DNA of 38,690 nt from Bacteroidota bacterium (lineage in GTDB: Bacteria; Bacteroidota; Bacteroidia; Bacteroidales; B18-G4): contig JBDLIJ010000003.1 of the NCBI GenBank assembly GCA_039714935.1, positions 1 to 38,690 of the forward strand, read 5' to 3'. The notes under the pieces were generated by a model. The model saw only the letters and a program-made list of their open reading frames with translations, was not told where the DNA came from and did not search any database. How positions within the stretch are numbered: position 1 is the first letter of the stretch; the number at the start of each line of letters is the position of its first letter. Made by a program: the position numbers and the translations under genes. Below, in pieces: positions 9,602 through 18,909 of this stretch.

Positions 9602-12600
9602 TTAATAACGAATTAACTTTTTCGTAGTGGTTGAAGAATTCGTCCTGAGTGTGCATAAATATATTCCACGGCTTAATTTATTGCCCATATTGTCGGTTCC
9701 ATCCCAGTTAACTTCATGCTTTCCTGCGCGCAAATTACCCTCAATGATGCTTGTAAGCTTTTTACCCTGGATATTATAAATTTCTATGCTAACCGGCATT
9801 TCTTTCTCGAGGGTGAAATGAATGCTTGTATGATCGTTGAAAGGATTAGGATACATATTCCCCAGTGATGCATCTGCCATATTTTGGTCTTCAGGAAGGT
9901 CTGTTACAATACCACCGAAGAAGGTCAGGTATTCAAGCATGAGTTTTGCTTTTGTTGAAGGAGTGACGTCATCAACGAGATCACCGAACTCAAATGCACA
10001 ACCGATGGTTTTATAAGAACCTTCATCGTATGCCACAGCACAACCATAATCAGGATTCGGGCTGGTAAGAATGGTAAAAGCACTTTCCTCCGGAATAATA
10101 TAATAGTCGTTATAAGGACTTGATCCTCCAAACTCGAAGATCATCCCCTCAGTAAAGGTTCCGGATATACCGCTAATGGTATCATATTCAAACCAGGTAT
10201 CGAGCACCACCTCAATATTGAACTTATGGTGAATAGGTTGTTGTGGGTCATCATGCCAGGTACGACGGCCTTCCAGGTAAAGCTTTCCTCCTGCATTCAG
10301 GTATTGTACAAGCTTTGAACTTTCGATAGAGCTTAACTCATGACCGGTAAAAATTATTCCAAGAGATACAAATATCGATTTGTATTCGCTGAGATCATCC
10401 GGAAAACTTGTTGCGTAAGCACTGAAAAGGTCAAGGTCTTCAATTGCCTCCATCATGGCAGGTCCGGAATGGTTGAGTGGGTCAAGATCGAGAATAAGTA
10501 CAGGAAATTGCCCAACGATCATTTCAAATTCGCCTGTTCCTGAGATACCCATATCGGCTGCGATGTCAAGCGTGAATACAGCATTAAATCCATCCGGTGT
10601 AAGATCAGTAGCGGTCACAGTGAAAATAGCGATTTCTGTTGTTTGGCCAGACATATCGCCAAGCATTACAGGTCCTCCATCAATGGTGATGTATTGATTA
10701 CCACTGCAACTTAATGAAGCCTCAACATTGTAAGCTTCTGAGGAGCCGGCATTTGTTATGGTGCAGGTGATCTCAACTGTTTCGCCAGGATCCAGGCGGC
10801 CGTTGGCATTTCCGGCTGCATCATCCAGTGTGAAGTCTACAAATTCCATAGTAGGTGCGTGAGCTTGTATAGCGAACAAACTGTTCCAAATTGAATCACC
10901 ATCTGTTGCCTCAACATTGAACACGACCAACTCACCATCACCTACTTCCGATGAAAGATCAAAGGCATATTCATCCGTAACACTGGCTGTTTGCAGGGAA
11001 AGGATATCGCCGAAATAAGCTGTACTGTCAGTAATGCTAACATATTCATTGGAACAGGAGATGATACCATCAACACCCAGTGCATCAATAAGCCCAACAT
11101 TTTCAAGGGTGAGTGATAATAAGATAGATTCACCATAGTCAAGGATCCCATCGCCATTACCTGCGATATCATTGATATCATAATCATTATAAACAACATA
11201 CGGCATATTTGCCGGGATTACATCCACAGGAACATGATAGCGATAGTAATTTTGTTTCGTAACAACGACATCCATGATATCACCGGGGATCAGTGGCGTA
11301 ATCACAATTGTTTGTGAGGTTCCGTCTGACTCGGCTGTACCCAGGATCTCTCCATTATGTGAAAGGGCAATGAAGGCGCCGGAGTCAGCTGTTACCATGA
11401 AGCTTGAGGCTCCTGTGAGAAGAACATTGTTATGCAATACCGTCAGGTTTTGAGGCACTTCAGAATAGAGGGTTTGAAATGCTCCTCCATGGTGGTGAAA
11501 AAGGTTGTAGGTAACTTCTTTATTTCCTGTATTGTATGGCCAGCTGGAGTTTTGCAGAAAGTATTTGGCGGCCACATTTGCAAATGCCGGCAGCATTCCT
11601 CTTTCTTCTGTGATTGTTGATCCGAACTGAGGCAGGAATTCCGGCCACATATAATCATATATGCCCCAGACGTATGTGTCATTTACAAAGGAGTATGATA
11701 CTTCAGATGCGGCGATCAGGCCGAGAGCACCATATTCCATCCTGTGGAACTTTTCGGCAAAACATTCAGAGCCCCAGTTATATTTTCCGGTCAGGCAGTT
11801 AATGGAAAAAACAAATATCGGATCGTTGGCATTAAGACCATCCAGGCTGCTATTGTTATAACCCGGTTCACCCCAGCCTTGCTCGTACCCGTGGTCGCGG
11901 TGCTGTAAGAGAAAAGCACCGTCATTAATAGCATTGTTTACATCGGTTGCATTGCCGCCGGTCCATCCACCGAGTTCTGATGGCGATGCAGGAATATATC
12001 CAAGGCCGTTTGGCCCGAATGCGTTCAATACGGCGTTGGTATTTGGTGCTGTTGACCATGGATCAACAGCAGGATTTCCTGCATACACTTCATTGATCCT
12101 GATAGGGGTTTTGTCCTTTTCATTTTTAAAGAAACCACCAATACTTTCAGAACAAATCTGGAACCAGCGTTCTGTTTGCCAGCCCAATGCCGTGATCGGG
12201 TTATAAAAGCTCTCGTATGTCGGAGGATTATTTTCATAATCGATGATCTTACTGATCATATTTTCAAGGTGGGTATTATCTTGTGCCGTCATCCTGGCCA
12301 TGACCACATCTGCCATGCCATTTCCATTCACGTCGCCGTAAATATGGTCGGAAGCACAATAGTAATCCCAAATCGGAGCAAGGATGCCATCTCCGGTAGT
12401 CCCATAATCGGCCATGATCAGGAAGGCCAGGGGAGGAATTGTCCAGGTGTCATAGGCATCATTGATGAAGTTCTCAATGGTAGCAGTGTTATTGCCACCA
12501 ACTTCGGTGATGGTGTAGATACCGGTACTGATACCCTGCATATTTCTGAAATTTTTCAAGGTGTCGGCCCAGGCCGTAAAAACAGGATTGTCGGGGCAGA

Positions 12601-13342
12601 TAATTACGTATTCATATCCATCTGTTTTATTTCCTGCCTGTGTAGAATAATCAATAACAGGGAGCGAAGAATAATTCATAAGCTGATCTCTGAGGATAGG
12701 GTCAAACCAGCGGCTGCGATAACGATTGTCGCCAAACTGTCCGTTCCCTCCTTCAAAACTTACAGCAAGTTTAACATCACGATAAACGATCAATTCTTTG
12801 GTCACTGGATTGTATTGAAATGGTGTTACACCAAGCATAACGGCATCCACTCCCCTGATGGTAGTTTCTTTGGAAAGCATGAAAGGTTCTGCCGGATAAA
12901 AGGCATCCACTGAAAAGATGCTCTCATCTTTGTTATATACCAACGGGCCATTATCTGTATCCAGTGGGATGCGTGGAGCAGGAGCCACTTCAACATCAGT
13001 ATATGTTTCGGTCCGGTACGACAATACACTCAGGCTGGCTGTGGCCCCCTGAGGTAAAGCAATATACTGTCCGCGGCCGGCAAGATCGGGAGCCCCTTCA
13101 TTATTGGGAATGAAGTTCCCCGGAAGGTGAATGGCTTTCATAGCTGCTCCTTTAACACTCACTTCATCCATAGAAAATTCCTCGATGGAATAGATCACTT
13201 CAAGGTATGTTGATGAAGACTGTGTAAGGTTAAACCCTGCATCTTCCCACGAATCTGTGAAAGTCACAGTCTGGGCTGATAAGGAAAAGAATGTTAAAAA
13301 AGAAATAAGAACTGCTGTAGTAATTTTGTAAAATTTATTCAT
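9602..13342 (-). CDS. C25 family gingipain-like cysteine peptidase with accessory domains and a FlgD-Ig-like T9SS CTD
   Basis: Paralog of 6007..9519 (shared GWQTERWFQIC, HRDHGYEQGWGEP, SINCLTGKYNW); two D..GN.(D/N)G.LD.GE modules; CTD YPNPF...WDGTD...GIY...KKLIRY. Confidence 0.9.
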   Translation of the reverse strand: MNKFYKITTAVLISFLTFFSLSAQTVTFTDSWEDAGFNLTQSSSTYLEVIYSIEEFSMDEVSVKGAAMKAIHLPGNFIPNNEGAPDLAGRGQYIALPQGATASLSVLSYRTETYTDVEVAPAPRIPLDTDNGPLVYNKDESIFSVDAFYPAEPFMLSKETTIRGVDAVMLGVTPFQYNPVTKELIVYRDVKLAVSFEGGNGQFGDNRYRSRWFDPILRDQLMNYSSLPVIDYSTQAGNKTDGYEYVIICPDNPVFTAWADTLKNFRNMQGISTGIYTITEVGGNNTATIENFINDAYDTWTIPPLAFLIMADYGTTGDGILAPIWDYYCASDHIYGDVNGNGMADVVMARMTAQDNTHLENMISKIIDYENNPPTYESFYNPITALGWQTERWFQICSESIGGFFKNEKDKTPIRINEVYAGNPAVDPWSTAPNTNAVLNAFGPNGLGYIPASPSELGGWTGGNATDVNNAINDGAFLLQHRDHGYEQGWGEPGYNNSSLDGLNANDPIFVFSINCLTGKYNWGSECFAEKFHRMEYGALGLIAASEVSYSFVNDTYVWGIYDYMWPEFLPQFGSTITEERGMLPAFANVAAKYFLQNSSWPYNTGNKEVTYNLFHHHGGAFQTLYSEVPQNLTVLHNNVLLTGASSFMVTADSGAFIALSHNGEILGTAESDGTSQTIVITPLIPGDIMDVVVTKQNYYRYHVPVDVIPANMPYVVYNDYDINDIAGNGDGILDYGESILLSLTLENVGLIDALGVDGIISCSNEYVSITDSTAYFGDILSLQTASVTDEYAFDLSSEVGDGELVVFNVEATDGDSIWNSLFAIQAHAPTMEFVDFTLDDAAGNANGRLDPGETVEITCTITNAGSSEAYNVEASLSCSGNQYITIDGGPVMLGDMSGQTTEIAIFTVTATDLTPDGFNAVFTLDIAADMGISGTGEFEMIVGQFPVLILDLDPLNHSGPAMMEAIEDLDLFSAYATSFPDDLSEYKSIFVSLGIIFTGHELSSIESSKLVQYLNAGGKLYLEGRRTWHDDPQQPIHHKFNIEVVLDTWFEYDTISGISGTFTEGMIFEFGGSSPYNDYYIIPEESAFTILTSPNPDYGCAVAYDEGSYKTIGCAFEFGDLVDDVTPSTKAKLMLEYLTFFGGIVTDLPEDQNMADASLGNMYPNPFNDHTSIHFTLEKEMPVSIEIYNIQGKKLTSIIEGNLRAGKHEVNWDGTDNMGNKLSRGIYLCTLRTNSSTTTKKLIRY

Positions 13343-13431
13343 GATTAATATTTTTATTCGTCAGGAATTAGTGATAAACGAGATTAGTTATTTACACATT
13401 TAGTTGATTAGTAGTTGATTTATAATGATTT

Positions 13432-16425
13432 TTATTTTGAAAGAATGACCTTTCCGGAATGCTGAAACTGTCCTGTCTTCAAAATATACATGTACATACC
13501 ATTGGGTAATGGATGTGCACCTGTTGCCCTTCCATCCCATGAAAATGTATGCGCACCTGCTTCGAGATAAGCATCATGGAGGCTTGTTATCTTTTTTCCA
13601 TTTATGTTGAATATCTCAATAGATACCTCCGCTGTTTCCTGAAGTGTGAAACTGAAATTTATGATTTCACTGAATGGGTTTGGCCAGGTGTTCATCTCAA
13701 TATTTTGTACCGTAACAGGTACTTCGATATCAGTTAATATTCCGCCAAAAAACTCTAAGATGAGGATCATAAGGTCCTCTTTTGTGCTATTTGAGTTGTC
13801 GGAAAGACCGCCAAACTCGAATGAGCATCCAACGGTCTTATATGTACCCTCATCCAGTGCAACAGAATTACAATAGGAGGGTACCTGGTTGCGGAACAAC
13901 TCAAAAGCATTATCAAGAGGTTCAATCCTGTCGATGTAATTGTTGTCGCCATTATAAGGGTAAGTGAGACCTTCTGCAAAGGAAGCATCCTGTCCGAATA
14001 TGATTCCAAGGTCGCCGTTGCCATCTTCAATACCGTTTATCTTAAACATGCTATGAACGGGCGTTGCTGGATCATATGCCCATGTATCTCCTCCTTCCAT
14101 ATAAAGCCTCCCTCCATGGTTCAGGTAGTCGGCCAATGCCTGTCCTTCATCGCTATTCAGGGTATAGTTATCAGAATATACACCCAGGCATACGAATACA
14201 GCCTGGTATAAATCCAGATATTCGGGGAAGCTTGTTTCATAATGAGCGATGATGTCAAGGTCAGCGATAATACTTTGCATTTCTGTTCCGGAATTGGCAT
14301 TCCCGTCAAGGTCAATGATAAGGATGGGGTATTTGCCTACAATGAACATGAGGTCAAATGAAGTATTGTACATGCCACTGTTAGCCAGCACATCAATGGT
14401 AAAATATACGGTATCGCCATTAGGGATAGCTTCGTCTACTTCAAATGAGAATGTGCCATCTCCTGATTGATTTTGCAACAGCGTTCCATAGTTAGCTGTG
14501 TCCTGTGTGATGTTAATATAAGAAGATGTTGTTGAGAGGCTTGCTGTTACATCGTTTGCTGTTACATTTCCGTTATTTCCCAGATTTACGATTAGGTCAG
14601 CAGATTCACCCTGTTCCAGATGTCCGTTTCCGTTTTCGTCATCAAGTGTATATTCGTACATCGTAATGTACACTCCCCATATGTGCTCAAGGTCACTAAC
14701 AGCATCCAGATCAAAGCCTGCATCGGCTGCATTTTGGCTGCCGTCGCCATCATCAAGGATCTTAAAGTACCTTGCTTCTGCCAGGCCTGTTGTGGATAAT
14801 TCAAATTCAGTTGTTCCGCTGCCTTCACCCATATATATCCATGGGCCATCCGTTGTTTCTCCGGCATAGACTGTATATCCCTCCGGAGAAAAATCTCCTT
14901 CAAATATTTTTATTTCAGGTCCCGGCATATCTGCGATGGCTTTTTGCATGTCCACCACGATCCATCCTCCTTTTCCAATAGAATAATTAATCATGTCGGG
15001 CTCACCGATCATAGCTGCAGTATTTCCTTCATCAACAGTGTTGTTGCCCGGAATCTGGCTGCTGATCATCCGCCAGGCATACCAGCGGGCCGAGTCGTCA
15101 GGTATCAATTGAAAATCAGTAATGGTGCTGCTTAGTTCTGTTACTTCAACACTGTCTGCGGTGGTTTGGGATTCATAGCCGTTGGCCACTACTTTGATCG
15201 AATATTTTCCGGGCAGGACATATTTATGATAATCTCCTGCTGTAGAATCCGAATAGGTTTGCATATAATCATTCACAAATACTGTTGCCCGTATGGCTTC
15301 ACCGGTATTTGCATCCGTAACGGTTCCTTCCAGGCCATAGCCGGCATACTCTATCATGGCCATCATGGATGGATAATTCCAGTTATAATACTGCATGATC
15401 TGTGAAGCAGGAGGTTGCTTGAGATAAGAGATTTCCATCGACCAGCTGATAGATCCTGCGATACCATAGTTGCCGTCTTTTGTACTGCCATTGATGGCAT
15501 ACATGCCTGAATTCCCCTGGCCGTATTCAAGGTTTGCATATCCTGATACGCTTGAATACAAATCCGCCAGTTGAAGGATATGGTTCATATCGGCAGGAGT
15601 TTCCGGACGATAGCTCCAAGGGCAGGAAATATATTCGGTACCACTGTGGTAGGTAGTATGTACAACAAACTGGTGATCAAAGCTGCAATTTCTGAGGCTT
15701 TGTGTTTCTACCTGTGAAAAAGCACCTGTGCTACCACCCCAGGCATCCCACATAAAACCATAGTCGCGGTTCAGGTCAACGCCATTGTTGTTATAGCGGC
15801 TCATATTTTCACGCCCGTCAGGGTTGACCATATAATAGATCCATATCTCACGGTTGTCAACCAGGAAAGTGATATCAGGATCGCTGCCATAATTTCTGCA
15901 AAGGTCGCGCGCGAAGCGAATACAGTTTTCAGGTCCTCCGATCTCATCACCATGGATACCGCCATCAAACAGGACTTCAGCTTCGTTTTCATCATCACTC
16001 ACATTATCACTGATCTTCAATGCAGCCAGCTCGCGGTCGCCCATTGATGTGCCATACATAACTTTCTGGCAGATGTCGGGGAATGCTGTTACAAGGCTGT
16101 CTGCCAGGTCAACGATTTCCTGATAAGAGTGGTAATCCGTTCTGTTAGTCCAGAACTCATTGTAATACTGATTCAGGTTTTTAATTTTTACCTGGTATTC
16201 AATGCCTGCATTGTCAAGCAATTCTATTTCTCTTGGAACGACATAGAGCATGGCGTAGCCAGAAGTATAATCACCATTCAGCTTCAGCCTTGATAATATT
16301 TCTGCGGTATATGTATCATTAACTTCCACCTTGATTTCCATTTCGTTATCACGCCAACCCTGGGCTTGAGCTGTAGTGATGAGTATTGCGGTGATCATTG
16401 CGATCGTTAAAAAGAACTGTTTCAT
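13432..16425 (-). CDS. M14 family zinc carboxypeptidase with carboxypeptidase-regulatory-like domain and T9SS CTD
   Basis: GGIHGDE, NPDG, SRYN..GVDLNRD, TYHS, SMEIS; GLEGTVTDANTGE regulatory-like domain; CTD WPNPF...WDG...GMY...GKVILSK. Confidence 0.9.
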   Translation of the reverse strand: MKQFFLTIAMITAILITTAQAQGWRDNEMEIKVEVNDTYTAEILSRLKLNGDYTSGYAMLYVVPREIELLDNAGIEYQVKIKNLNQYYNEFWTNRTDYHSYQEIVDLADSLVTAFPDICQKVMYGTSMGDRELAALKISDNVSDDENEAEVLFDGGIHGDEIGGPENCIRFARDLCRNYGSDPDITFLVDNREIWIYYMVNPDGRENMSRYNNNGVDLNRDYGFMWDAWGGSTGAFSQVETQSLRNCSFDHQFVVHTTYHSGTEYISCPWSYRPETPADMNHILQLADLYSSVSGYANLEYGQGNSGMYAINGSTKDGNYGIAGSISWSMEISYLKQPPASQIMQYYNWNYPSMMAMIEYAGYGLEGTVTDANTGEAIRATVFVNDYMQTYSDSTAGDYHKYVLPGKYSIKVVANGYESQTTADSVEVTELSSTITDFQLIPDDSARWYAWRMISSQIPGNNTVDEGNTAAMIGEPDMINYSIGKGGWIVVDMQKAIADMPGPEIKIFEGDFSPEGYTVYAGETTDGPWIYMGEGSGTTEFELSTTGLAEARYFKILDDGDGSQNAADAGFDLDAVSDLEHIWGVYITMYEYTLDDENGNGHLEQGESADLIVNLGNNGNVTANDVTASLSTTSSYINITQDTANYGTLLQNQSGDGTFSFEVDEAIPNGDTVYFTIDVLANSGMYNTSFDLMFIVGKYPILIIDLDGNANSGTEMQSIIADLDIIAHYETSFPEYLDLYQAVFVCLGVYSDNYTLNSDEGQALADYLNHGGRLYMEGGDTWAYDPATPVHSMFKINGIEDGNGDLGIIFGQDASFAEGLTYPYNGDNNYIDRIEPLDNAFELFRNQVPSYCNSVALDEGTYKTVGCSFEFGGLSDNSNSTKEDLMILILEFFGGILTDIEVPVTVQNIEMNTWPNPFSEIINFSFTLQETAEVSIEIFNINGKKITSLHDAYLEAGAHTFSWDGRATGAHPLPNGMYMYILKTGQFQHSGKVILSK

Positions 16426-16498
16426 TATAAGTTTATTGGTTTTCTGTAGTGTTAAGCAGTGAATTAGTAAAAACTTTTCGCTGGTATGACGAGAATCG

Positions 16499-16506
16499 CA
16501 AAACTA
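16499..16506 (-). promoter_or_regulatory. Bacteroidota -7 promoter element for the peptidase cluster
   Basis: TAGTTTTG on the minus strand, about 75 nt upstream of ATG 16425. Confidence 0.5.
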
Positions 16507-16603
16507 ATAATATAAATTATATAACAGATTATATTAGTTATAAAAAAGAAACAATTAAAAGGGGAAAAGGTTGTTGGGGATGGTGGTTATGGATTGCAGG
16601 CAG

Positions 16604-16640
16604 GCAGTAGGCAGTATGCAGTAGGCAGTATGCAGTAGGC
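16604..16640. repeat. Heptamer tandem repeat GCAGTA(G/T) x5
   Basis: gcagtag gcagtat gcagtag gcagtat gcagtag gc; the two variants alternate strictly. Confidence 0.9.
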
Positions 16641-16647
16641 TGGCGGG

Positions 16648-16746
16648 CCAATTCAACCAATTCAACCAATTCAACCAATTCAACCAATTCAACCAGTTCA
16701 ACCAATTCAACCAATTCAACCAATTCAACCAGTTCAACCAGTTCAA
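16648..16746. repeat. 9-bp tandem repeat CCA(A/G)TTCAA x11
   Basis: 11 consecutive units counted (8 CCAATTCAA, 3 CCAGTTCAA) plus a degenerate unit to about 16758, directly after the buk stop. Confidence 0.95.
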
Positions 16747-16759
16747 CCAACTCACCAAG

Positions 16760-17833
16760 CTAGTATTTTTTCACTTCCGCTTCACCACGGATCACACGAT
16801 AGCCATTCATGGCCAGGGCTTCCATCTCATTTTCGCCAGGATAGATAAAAAGTGGTGCAAAGTGGTGTACACGCTTGTGGATGCGTTCGCAGAACCATTT
16901 ATCATAGGCTACGCCTCCGGTAACAAGAATGCCGTCAATATCTCCTTCAAGAACGGCTGCCATCTCACCGATGGCTTTTGATACCTGGTAAGCCATGGCA
17001 TCGTAAATGAGGATTGCTTTTTCATCACCTTCACTGACCATTTGTTCTACTTCGTAGGCACTATTGGTGCCAAGGTAAGCTGTAAGCCCCCCCTGACCGA
17101 TAAGCATCTTTTTAACTTCTTCAAGGGTATATTCACCACTAAAACAAAGGTTTACGAGTTCAACTATTGGCACGGATCCGGCTCTTTCCGGAGAAAAAGG
17201 CCCTTCACCGCCAATGGCATGGTTTACATCTACAACCCTGCCTTTTTTATGTGCACCTACTGAGATCCCACCGCCCAGATGGGCAATGATAAGGTTAAGG
17301 TCTTCATACTCCTTATTCTGTGATTCGGCATGACGTCGGGCAGTGGCCTTCTGGTTCAGGGCATGAAATACTGAATGGCGCTTAAATAACGGATGCCCGG
17401 CAATGCGGGCCACATCTTCCATTTCGTCTACTACCACAGGATTAGCAATATAAGCTTTTGCATTGGGCAGTTCATGGGCAATATAGTCAGCGATCAAGCC
17501 GCCAAGATTACTGGCATGTTCACCCAGGGGACTATTCTTCAGGTCTGCTTTCATCTTTTCATTGATAGCGTATACACCAGAAGGGATAGGCCTTACCATC
17601 CCGCCACGGCCCATCACAATATGTATATTCTCAATACAGATATTTTCTTCCTTTAACACCTCATGGATCACGTCTTTTCTGAACTCGAACTGATCAGTGA
17701 TCTTTATGAATGGAGCCAGTTCTTCATTACTGTGTTTGATATTCTTCGTGAAGATCTGCTCTTTGTTCTTAAAGACCGCAATTTTTGTGGAGGTAGACCC
17801 CGGGTTGATGGCAAGGATCAATATATTTTCCAT
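16760..17833 (-). CDS. buk: Butyrate (branched-chain carboxylic acid) kinase
   Basis: [63 protein letters not shown]. Confidence 0.95.
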   Translation of the reverse strand: MENILILAINPGSTSTKIAVFKNKEQIFTKNIKHSNEELAPFIKITDQFEFRKDVIHEVLKEENICIENIHIVMGRGGMVRPIPSGVYAINEKMKADLKNSPLGEHASNLGGLIADYIAHELPNAKAYIANPVVVDEMEDVARIAGHPLFKRHSVFHALNQKATARRHAESQNKEYEDLNLIIAHLGGGISVGAHKKGRVVDVNHAIGGEGPFSPERAGSVPIVELVNLCFSGEYTLEEVKKMLIGQGGLTAYLGTNSAYEVEQMVSEGDEKAILIYDAMAYQVSKAIGEMAAVLEGDIDGILVTGGVAYDKWFCERIHKRVHHFAPLFIYPGENEMEALAMNGYRVIRGEAEVKKY

Positions 17834-17862
17834 TTCAAAAGATTTAGAACAGTATTAATAGC

Positions 17863-18762
17863 TTAGTGAACAGCTGCAGCCAGACAGATGCTGTCAAGTT
17901 TTGAATCTTCAGAGTCGGACCTTGAAGTAAGTACAATAGGTGCTGATGCACCAAGGACATTAGCTGCTACTTTGGCATTGGCAAAAAAGATAAAGGCTTT
18001 ATAAAGTACATTTCCGGCCTCAATATCAGGCAGCAACAAAAGGTCGGCCATTCCTGCAACATTACTCTTGATTCCCTTATGTTCGGCAGCTTCTGCAGAG
18101 ATGGCATTGTCGAAGGCCAGGGGGCCATCGATCAGGCAATTGGGTATCTGACCACGGTCAGCCATTTTTGATAACAGGGCAGCATCAAGGGTTGCCGGCA
18201 TCATTTCGTTTACCAGCTCCACTGCCCCAAGGACTGCAATCTTGGGCTCTTCAATGCCGAGTTTATGTAAAAACTCAATAGAGTTTCTCAGTATGTTGAC
18301 CTTTGCAGTCAGCTCAGGAGCAATATTCATTGCTACATCGGTGAGGGCTATTAGCTTATGGTGATAGGCGGGGACTTCAAAAATGGCGATGTGTGACAGG
18401 ATGTTATTTTTTCTTAATCCCCATTCTTTATTCAGGACACCTTTAAGGAGAACAGCGGTTCCTACATTGCCTTTCATCAATATGTCAGCATCACCAAAGT
18501 GAACAAGTTTTACAGCCTTGGCTACAGACTCTCCGAGATTGGTTTCGTCAATGACCTCAACCCTGGAAAGATCAAGTTCCAGCTTGTCGGCAATACGATG
18601 CATCTTTTCCTTGTCCCCAACGAGAATGGGGTCAACGATTTTCATCTTGGCTGCATTGAAAACGGCCTCCAGGGAGTGTTCATCATGTGCTGCAGCAACC
18701 ACCAGTTTTTTCTTTGGTGATTTTTTTACGATCTCACGTAATTCTGAAAGATTTTTCAACAT
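17863..18762 (-). CDS. ptb: Phosphate butyryltransferase (PTA/PTB family)
   Basis: ADILMKG, TDVAMNIAP, DGPLAFDNAIS, PDIEAGNVLYK, PIVLTSRSDS; adjacent to buk. Confidence 0.92.
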   Translation of the reverse strand: MLKNLSELREIVKKSPKKKLVVAAAHDEHSLEAVFNAAKMKIVDPILVGDKEKMHRIADKLELDLSRVEVIDETNLGESVAKAVKLVHFGDADILMKGNVGTAVLLKGVLNKEWGLRKNNILSHIAIFEVPAYHHKLIALTDVAMNIAPELTAKVNILRNSIEFLHKLGIEEPKIAVLGAVELVNEMMPATLDAALLSKMADRGQIPNCLIDGPLAFDNAISAEAAEHKGIKSNVAGMADLLLLPDIEAGNVLYKAFIFFANAKVAANVLGASAPIVLTSRSDSEDSKLDSICLAAAVH

Positions 18763-18836
18763 ATCTGTAATTTTTTACTGTCTGTGCTAAGTAATTGATT
18801 TTTAGTGATAAAAATACAATTTATTATTTTACGCCG

Positions 18837-18867
18837 CAAAAGTAGAAAAGTTAGTACAAAGTACAAA
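18837..18867 (-). promoter_or_regulatory. Bacteroidota housekeeping promoter (-33 TTTG, -7 TACTTTTG) for ptb-buk
   Basis: Minus strand: TTTG (18867-18864), 19-nt spacer, TACTTTTG (18844-18837). Confidence 0.65.
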
Positions 18868-18909
18868 GCAATTACAACAATTCCTGTACCCAGCACCCGC
18901 AATCCATAA

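Noticed and set aside
12176-12913. 245-aa plus-strand ORF and other short ORFs nested in the large genes
   Set aside because: These are antisense or alternative-frame shadows of well-supported CDSs.
13381-13407. TCAACT-N17-ATCT as another ECF promoter
   Set aside because: Both boxes deviate and the T-tract is missing; likely chance in AT-rich DNA.
16648-16746. Possible CRISPR array (also the 23747-23851 repeat)
   Set aside because: The units are 7-9 bp and contiguous, with no unique spacers and no cas genes.
16538-16758. ORFs [10 protein letters not shown]... and [10 protein letters not shown]...
   Set aside because: They are translations of the 9-bp tandem repeat and have no independent coding evidence.
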